Virus record (IMG/VR): IMGVR_UViG_3300044513_001984 | Location: 1-44,125 of that record | Length of the DNA stretch: 44,125 nucleotides | Strand: one strand, 5' to 3' | DNA from: a virus | Lineage: Duplodnaviria; Caudoviricetes | Shown: positions 40,401-44,125 of the stretch, piece by piece | Numbering within the stretch: position 1 is the stretch's first letter | Layout of the letters: each line of letters starts with the position of its first letter | Translations under genes and position numbers: made by a program | Notes under the pieces: model-generated | What the model saw: only the letters and a program-made list of their open reading frames with translations | Told to the model about the DNA's origin: nothing | Databases searched by the model: none

Positions 40401-41053
40401 AACAAAGAAAAATTGATGTTGATAAAAAGAAAGCATTAGAAAAAAAATTAGCAAAAGAACAAAATAAAGCTACTAATGTAGCTAATGGCATGGCGGATAG
40501 TATTTTACGTGGTATGGGTATATATGGTGCTATTATTTCTGTATTAAAAAATACTACAAAAAAAATAATTGAAAGATCAGAATATAAAAATCCTAATTAT
40601 TCTACAGAAGCAATTTTTGAATTGTTAAAAATATCTCCGCCTATATCTTCAAAAGCAACTAAAATTAGAAATGCTTTACGTTCTTACGAATGGGATAAAG
40701 ATAAAATGTATGAAAAAGGTTTGGCTTTAGAAAATCCAGCTTATTTAGCAGCCGGTAATATTATATCAGCAGCAACTAATATTCCGCTGGATAGGGTTGT
40801 TAAAAAAGTAACTAATATTAAAAATTCTTTAAATGAAGAACTAGAAACTTGGCAAAGAATTGCATTGTTAGGAGGATGGGCTGATTGGGAAATTGGTGCT
40901 AAAACAGAAAAAACTGCGGCTGAAATTAAACTGGAAGAAGAACAAAAAGAATTAGAGCTATTAAAAAATATGACCTCACAAGAAAAGGCTAATTACCTTT
41001 TAGAAAAGAAAAGAAAAGCAAGATTAGAACGAGAAAAAAACAAAAATAAATAA
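34448..41053 (+). CDS. giant multi-domain ejection protein with zincin (HELLH) domain
   Basis: 2201 aa; G.F...GEILIN...SHELLH...E; Gly/Ala-rich membrane-like segments; helical C-terminal domain. Confidence 0.8.
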   Translation: MPKYKLVSGNIVDEQQLVDFAASKNLTLEELLSKNPGIEIVQDESFQIDPIAEVAAVGSTTKPQAAVMDSVSENISSESPKADKGFFENTWDSLVASTYDWIGSKVDQFSIVRENKAMLAANISDLIFGTNAADQLNNMSYEERNKVINAVSDISDRAGILSIGGSGTEKVYENFKEKATNLRKTLNTYDQSITEDFLSGNFARGTARATTEAISSIPSIAESMAPLGILSIALGAASEASKEAQKEGEDLDLTTLAYSTTVGASEGLLELVTRRIGGKMFKDLLDKPKAVINKTVKETFLDMAKDFGAEGLSESGTLLVNKAAESIILGREDVFNDSFTEFVDTFIVGGFAGGGMTATGSGSQILRQTVQGKQIKKQLAQTPYENLSDAYKLPDVPPGLVALTENSATEKFLETDLKQKVNSGEMTTDEADAIRINFRNTQGTINRLKAIGFAESDYSKAIELAKEKKELQDKIKEVGDPVLTEKEKARIEEIDNELRQILSGKKLEANLAGTTATAEKLGFTESLQILSDEEFLEERAKRLSKDKDIDIQEARKQIQEEAKEAVEKGEGTATGFFTSDGEILINKDAALEVGDIGVGSHELLHPILNAIVGDATQQGKLVADFEALLAKNNPKMKAKMDELLKAYEVDGVLDPNIKATEYLTVFSSAIQNGDIKYSESVFAKIGDYILNILRSLGFENANFNSAKGVYNFLKEYNNTISSAEGLSDRAIKLIKDAETARGVKVSEAGAVKTDQASKKLAPEVSTQVAEQITEIKNLQKEGEALAKRFNKEFIKSPKQIRIEQQLSENIAPALDALAESTTKRLYDPIAPDAKRSVSRQDYKDALKANWTSMVINEFDPAKQDVETFLSTRGNLRANSLAKELGIEGITEGGIKADVTEQKALTTEDATEVGIDEGIEITRREAKLINPVNLIPDENLREKYRNTVKEKVKNLNTKGLSFKTLKDQAPEVTAELFGIPVKKVTDAAANLSTGDLSAIQNFINKNADTLLKLLPEGGIDQNQAASESLLGTSTGVPKKLLDAFYDPKPRGTKGAGLAIQNKRKGITRKEFLETFGIVDGKKLEGLSPRGPQAQAMKGMISLFGRMMTNTVVRQELSQQSGTEAAIQDIAAGKSDQQFSRRNKKILDDFGIGGLYYKLDSEENLDRYVKDFETNLLPVFGPNFFKPSQVVPLGSIPYNLGNLKERKKIQENYEKKIREAIQNYTGAAVNWKIEGNTNSPFERLSFYKPSKAYGITPKQIAKNFKNGRIAKYNEKYNSIFTEMWVKTAEAVRENPAIAPALMIYYQAAANNAAHPHRLGAEMIGYSSDPKGIKDISAKGNKFDRNYIYEHAVQSVVAYETLMRAAMDKNVNFESVLFDVKQNYKLIALDAALNKKLDEAGFASKMPANWKSWLDRYFNEKVADIDGGINPETILDADGITFAEKYNVTNKGPLSKDQFSKKQKKLSKEFNNILENKTGIPSNKEIDAAKAEVVGANKGRFNWFIPPTAEDFVGLLYQFLGKGAVGDKQMAWFKVNLLNPYAKAMSAISRDRTSLARNYRALKKELKIVPKNLKKEIPGEGYTVEQGVRVYIWTKQGYDIPGINKKDAKALRDYVNANPELKEFADKLIVLNKNEYAKPKDGWTAGTLTTDMLTSLNEGGREKHLAEWQANVDVIFSEQNLNKIEAAYGKTFRNALENSLTRMKTGRNRTYGTDNLTGRFTDWLTNSVGAIMFFNTRSAILQTISASNFINFSDNNPIKAAGAFANQKQYWSDFIKLWNSDFLVDRRDGLRLNVNESDIADMAKKGGVRGVISELLKLGFTPTQLADSFAIAAGGSTFYRNRVKTYLKQGLDQNAAEKKAFQDFRETAEESQQSSRPDKISQEQAGPLGRIILAFANTPAQYARLMKKAFLDLKNGRGDAKTNISKLIYYGAVQNLVFTAMQQALFGIMFGDEEEDEENQKILNIMSDEEFEKYKKTVSPENIRAVIKQRKIDVDKKKALEKKLAKEQNKATNVANGMADSILRGMGIYGAIISVLKNTTKKIIERSEYKNPNYSTEAIFELLKISPPISSKATKIRNALRSYEWDKDKMYEKGLALENPAYLAAGNIISAATNIPLDRVVKKVTNIKNSLNEELETWQRIALLGGWADWEIGAKTEKTAAEIKLEEEQKELELLKNMTSQEKANYLLEKKRKARLEREKNKNK

Positions 41054-41055
41054 AA

Positions 41056-41337
41056 ATGGCAGAAATTTCAAAAGACAGCAAATTTACATTAACTGTTGAA
41101 TCAATGGTTATTTTAGGAGGCGTAATAGTAACCACGGTGGGCATGTGGTTTACGCTTAAATCCGAAATAGAAGAAGCAAAAAAGCTGCCACCCAGCGAAG
41201 TATCGCGGACTGAATATGATCTTAAAGATCAATTAATTCGTGAAACAATAATGAACACTCAGCAGCAAGTCCAGCAAAACAGTGAAAAGCTAGATGATAT
41301 AGACGAAAAACTATACGAACTGATTAAATCAAAATAA
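41056..41337 (+). CDS. single-TM coiled-coil membrane protein
   Basis: TM segment MVILGGVIVTTVGMWFTL followed by a heptad repeat. Confidence 0.7.
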   Translation: MAEISKDSKFTLTVESMVILGGVIVTTVGMWFTLKSEIEEAKKLPPSEVSRTEYDLKDQLIRETIMNTQQQVQQNSEKLDDIDEKLYELIKSK

Positions 41338-41338
41338 A

Positions 41339-41653
41339 ATGAAAAAATTAATTTTAATTGCAGGATTATTATTCGGTCTAAACGCAGCCGCTCAACAATT
41401 TGATTTAGTACAGATTAACGCAGATTGGAACTCTAAAAACAATATTGATTTTACAGAAGTATCTGGTATACCTATTAAATACGCTCGGCTTGAAGATCAA
41501 CCACCACATTTTAAAGAAACTATAAAATCTGTACCAACACTTATACTTTATGTTGACGGACGACTAAGTTACAGCTGGCAAGCTGGTATTGATTTAAAAT
41601 GCCCTGCTACTCGCGAGAATGTTGCTGATATAATCAAAAAGTTTAAAAATTAA
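41339..41653 (+). CDS. secreted thioredoxin-fold protein lacking CxxC
   Basis: Signal peptide; VQINADWNSKN at the WCxxC position; IKSVPTLILYVDG cis-Pro motif. Confidence 0.65.
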   Translation: MKKLILIAGLLFGLNAAAQQFDLVQINADWNSKNNIDFTEVSGIPIKYARLEDQPPHFKETIKSVPTLILYVDGRLSYSWQAGIDLKCPATRENVADIIKKFKN

Positions 41654-41667
41654 TAAAACGCATAATA

Positions 41668-41808
41668 ATGGCAATTAAAAATAAAAAATCAACAACAAAA
41701 AAAGATGCTTGTTACCATAAAGCAAAAGCTAAATATGATGTATTTCCGTCTGCTTACGCTTCGGGTTATATTGCTAAATGTAGAAAAAGAAGAGGAAATA
41801 TAAAATAA
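41668..41808 (+). CDS. small basic protein, 46 aa (KKDACYHKAKAKYDVFPSAYASGYIAKCRK)
   Basis: Hand translation, missed by the track; PSAYASG motif recurrent in marine viruses. Confidence 0.75.
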   Translation: MAIKNKKSTTKKDACYHKAKAKYDVFPSAYASGYIAKCRKRRGNIK

Positions 41809-41813
41809 ACATT

Positions 41814-41936
41814 ATGGCACAAAAATTTAAAGCACACATGATGTATTCTAAAGCCGGAAAAGGTATTATGGCAAAAACTATGCAAAAGCATTTAGAATTA
41901 AAAAAGAAAGGTTATACCCATAAAAAACCAAAATAA
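41814..41936 (+). CDS. small basic protein, 40 aa (MAQKFKAHMMYSKAGKGIMAKTMQKHLELKKKGYTHKKPK)
   Basis: Hand translation, missed by the track; fills the intergenic gap. Confidence 0.7.
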   Translation: MAQKFKAHMMYSKAGKGIMAKTMQKHLELKKKGYTHKKPK

Positions 41937-41946
41937 ATATAGTAAT

Positions 41947-42222
41947 ATGGCTGTAAGAAAAACAGAAAAAGGAGCAAATCTTAAACGCTGGTTTAAAGAA
42001 GAGTGGATTGATGTTCGTACAGGTAAACCATGCGGAAGATCAGAAGGCGAAAAGCGTGGGGTGCCTTATTGCCGCCCTAAAAAACGCATATCAAGCAAAA
42101 CACCTAAAACAGCTAGCGAAATGTCTGCAGCCGAAAAAGCTAAAAAAATTAAAGAAAAAAAAGCGTTAGGCCAACCTAAAGGCAAACCTCGCCGTGTTAA
42201 ACCTGTAAAACGTAAAAAATGA
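41947..42222 (+). CDS. small basic viral protein (DUF5872-like)
   Basis: LKRWFKEEWIDV..GKPCGR...PYCRP.KR....TPKT motif; family assignment from memory. Confidence 0.7.
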   Translation: MAVRKTEKGANLKRWFKEEWIDVRTGKPCGRSEGEKRGVPYCRPKKRISSKTPKTASEMSAAEKAKKIKEKKALGQPKGKPRRVKPVKRKK

Positions 42223-42668
42223 GACACATAAACAAAATTATACTGCATTGCAGTGCAACATGTGAAGGCAAACATTATGATGTAGATGAAATCCGCAAAT
42301 GGCATGTAGAAGGCCGCGGATGGAGAGATATAGGCTATCACTATGTTATTTACCTTGACGGGACAATTCACGAAGGTAGACCAGTAGAACAAGCCGGGGC
42401 TCACACTAAAGGATTAAATAAAAATTCTATAGGTATATGTTATATTGGTGGTGTATCTAATATTAAAGATAAGCGTGGTAAATTTCCAGCAAAAGATACA
42501 AGAACGCCAGAACAAAAAGAGGCTTTAGATAAGTTTATTAATGAGCTTATGGAAAAATATCCAGATGCAACATTGCATGGCCATAATGAGTTTGCAGCTA
42601 AGGCTTGTCCAAGTTTTGACGTACAAGTGGAATATAAAGATATTATAAACTGCTTTGGTAGACAATAA
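42219..42668 (+). CDS. N-acetylmuramoyl-L-alanine amidase endolysin (T7 lysozyme / Amidase_2 type)
   Basis: IILHCSA, GWRDIGYHY, GAHTKG.N..SIGICYIGG, GHNE...KACPSFDV. Confidence 0.93.
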   Translation: MRHINKIILHCSATCEGKHYDVDEIRKWHVEGRGWRDIGYHYVIYLDGTIHEGRPVEQAGAHTKGLNKNSIGICYIGGVSNIKDKRGKFPAKDTRTPEQKEALDKFINELMEKYPDATLHGHNEFAAKACPSFDVQVEYKDIINCFGRQ

Positions 42669-42717
42669 ATAAGGAACACAATAAAATGGGCGTACCATAC
42701 CCAAAGTTCCTGTAACC

Positions 42718-42748
42718 AAAGGGGATCTCAGAACGAGGTCCCCTTTTT
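42718..42748. terminator. probably bidirectional intrinsic terminator between convergent genes
   Basis: aaa-GGGGATCTC-agaac-GAGGTCCCC-ttttt. Confidence 0.85.
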
Positions 42749-42802
42749 GATTACGGGACTAACTAAACTAACTACATGAAAAACTATATTATGCTATACA
42801 TA

Positions 42803-44125
42803 TTATCCGTCGCAAGACAAACAATCAGGATCCATGGCAGCGGCTGCAATATCTCCGCGTAGCACAGATTCTGTACGCACATAATACAATGTCTTAATAC
42901 CTTTTTTCCAAGCTTCCATATGAACTTGATTAATCCACTTTGGTGTAGCAGTGCTTGGAAAGGCTAAATTTAAACTGACAGACTGGTCTATATACTGCTG
43001 TCGTATTCCCGCTTGGTTAACCAATTCAAGCTGGTTAATCTCTTTAAACGTTTTGAAAACTTCCTTAGCAGGAATATCGTGCGCCATTTGTATATTATCC
43101 AGTTCGTCAATATCCTGAACCGAACCTCCGTCAGCCAAGATCTTATCCCAGATTTCATCAGTATTTAATTTGTGCTTCTTTAAAAGTTTAACAAGTGTTG
43201 GGTTTTTTCTTATGAAAGTTCCTTTAGCGCTTTGTTCAGTAAATACATTAGCCGCCCAAGGCTCAATGCCAGGGGAAACATTACCAGATAATTTACTGTT
43301 ACTAACAGTTGGTGCGATTGCGCGGAGATGTGTGTTGCGTAAGCCAGTGCCAGCACACCACAAAGGTTCACCATAAGTTTCAGCCAAAGCGCGCGATGCT
43401 CTTTCAGACTCAATTTTAATTTGAGAAAATATCTTCCGAGTTTCATACTGAGCAAGTAAACCTTCAAAAGGAAGACCCTTTTCTTGGAGATAGGTGTGCC
43501 ATCCAAGTACACCCAGCCCCAGCGCGCGCCCTCTCTGAGCAGAACGAACGGAGTTTTCAAAACCGCGCAGTCCTTTGGCTCTTTGAATAAATTCCTCCAT
43601 AACCCCATCAAGAAACCATATGGCGTCGTATATAAGGTTAGTGTCTTTCCATTCTTCATATTTAGCTAGATTAATTGATGATAAACAACAAACAAAGCTA
43701 TGGTTTTCATCTGTGTGTAATGTAATTTCACTACAGATATTAGTCATATGAACTTTTAATCCGTTTGTTTTATATGCTTGTGGATTTGCTTTATTAGTGT
43801 TTCCTTTAAATAATATGTACGGTTCTCCAGTTGCTTTTCGCTTTCTAAGTAGTTTACTCCATCTAGCTCTAGCATTCGCATCTCCTTGTTCAAGGCGTCG
43901 CATAAATTTATCACCCACAACTGCGCACTGATGTAGATTAAGCGACTGTCTGTTGACATCCCCTTTAGGCTCTCGTATTTCCAACCATTCTTCGAAATCG
44001 TCGTGCTCAATATTGATGTTAACCGAAGCAGCTCCTCGTCTGACTGATCCTTGATTAGTCGCAAGTATTGTGCTATCATAGATTTTACAAAATGGTACAA
44101 CTCCGTCTGATGTTCCATTACCAGT
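42803..44125 (-). CDS. nrdA: class I ribonucleotide reductase alpha subunit, 5'-truncated by the window edge
   Basis: TNICSEI, CCLSS, IAPTVSNS, KTLYY and C-terminal CLSCDG; the frame stays open to 44125 (TGNGTSDGVVPFCK...QGSVRRGA). Confidence 0.95.
   Translation of the reverse strand, partial: TGNGTSDGVVPFCKIYDSTILATNQGSVRRGAASVNINIEHDDFEEWLEIREPKGDVNRQSLNLHQCAVVGDKFMRRLEQGDANARARWSKLLRKRKATGEPYILFKGNTNKANPQAYKTNGLKVHMTNICSEITLHTDENHSFVCCLSSINLAKYEEWKDTNLIYDAIWFLDGVMEEFIQRAKGLRGFENSVRSAQRGRALGLGVLGWHTYLQEKGLPFEGLLAQYETRKIFSQIKIESERASRALAETYGEPLWCAGTGLRNTHLRAIAPTVSNSKLSGNVSPGIEPWAANVFTEQSAKGTFIRKNPTLVKLLKKHKLNTDEIWDKILADGGSVQDIDELDNIQMAHDIPAKEVFKTFKEINQLELVNQAGIRQQYIDQSVSLNLAFPSTATPKWINQVHMEAWKKGIKTLYYVRTESVLRGDIAAAAMDPDCLSCDG

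Noticed and set aside
34448-41053. crAss-type virion RNA polymerase in the giant protein
   Set aside because: No convincing catalytic DxDxD context; DKDID near 36080 lies in a charged helical stretch.
42672-42760. Hammerhead ribozyme
   Set aside because: No CUGAnGA plus GAAA core on either strand.
1947-43669. Numerous antisense or alternate-frame ORFs (e.g. 9081-9578, 12489-12761, 32275-32583, 32522-32857, 43210-43659)
   Set aside because: They are shadows of well-supported genes with biased codon usage and carry no motifs. 32275-32583 is in the +1 frame and unrelated to the -1 shift.
43982-43984. Track start of nrdA at 43984
   Set aside because: It is an internal TTG; conserved RNR sequence continues in frame to the window end.
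1-44125. CRISPR array, tRNA genes, integrase or transposase, stop-codon reassignment
   Set aside because: No regularly spaced repeats or cloverleaf seen by eye and no recombinase motifs; long genes are intact under code 11.

Overview
This 44-kb AT-rich window is the virion-morphogenesis half of a lytic, podovirus-type dsDNA phage. The host is most likely a marine Bacteroidota/Flavobacteriia, inferred from A-rich leaders without Shine-Dalgarno sites and a crAss/Cellulophaga-podovirus-like gene order. It opens with a leftward array of tiny early genes carrying a repeated promoter-like motif (51-648), followed by a structured GC-rich divergence region (650-1000). The rightward late region holds modular tail fibres, a phage groEL-groES pair, small basic or cargo-like proteins, a zincin, a holin, a tandem-GroES protein, terminase, portal, scaffold, major capsid, tail ring and split muzzle proteins, a GNAT, ejection proteins, small lysis-linked genes and an amidase endolysin. 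It converges on a class I ribonucleotide reductase alpha gene that runs off the window edge. The most notable observations are: (1) a canonical G_GGA_AAG slippery site plus hairpin, a candidate -1 frameshift that would extend a predicted ejection protein; (2) an identical 14-aa leader on two otherwise unrelated small proteins near a HExxH protease, a candidate capsid-cargo tag; (3) GroEL with two architecturally different co-chaperonins; (4) a 2201-aa ejection protein with a zincin motif and recurring DQ(Q)[FA]S[KR][KR] junctions; (5) a structured intergenic element with alternative pairings at 42672-42760. All family calls are by eye from motifs and synteny; no searches were run.
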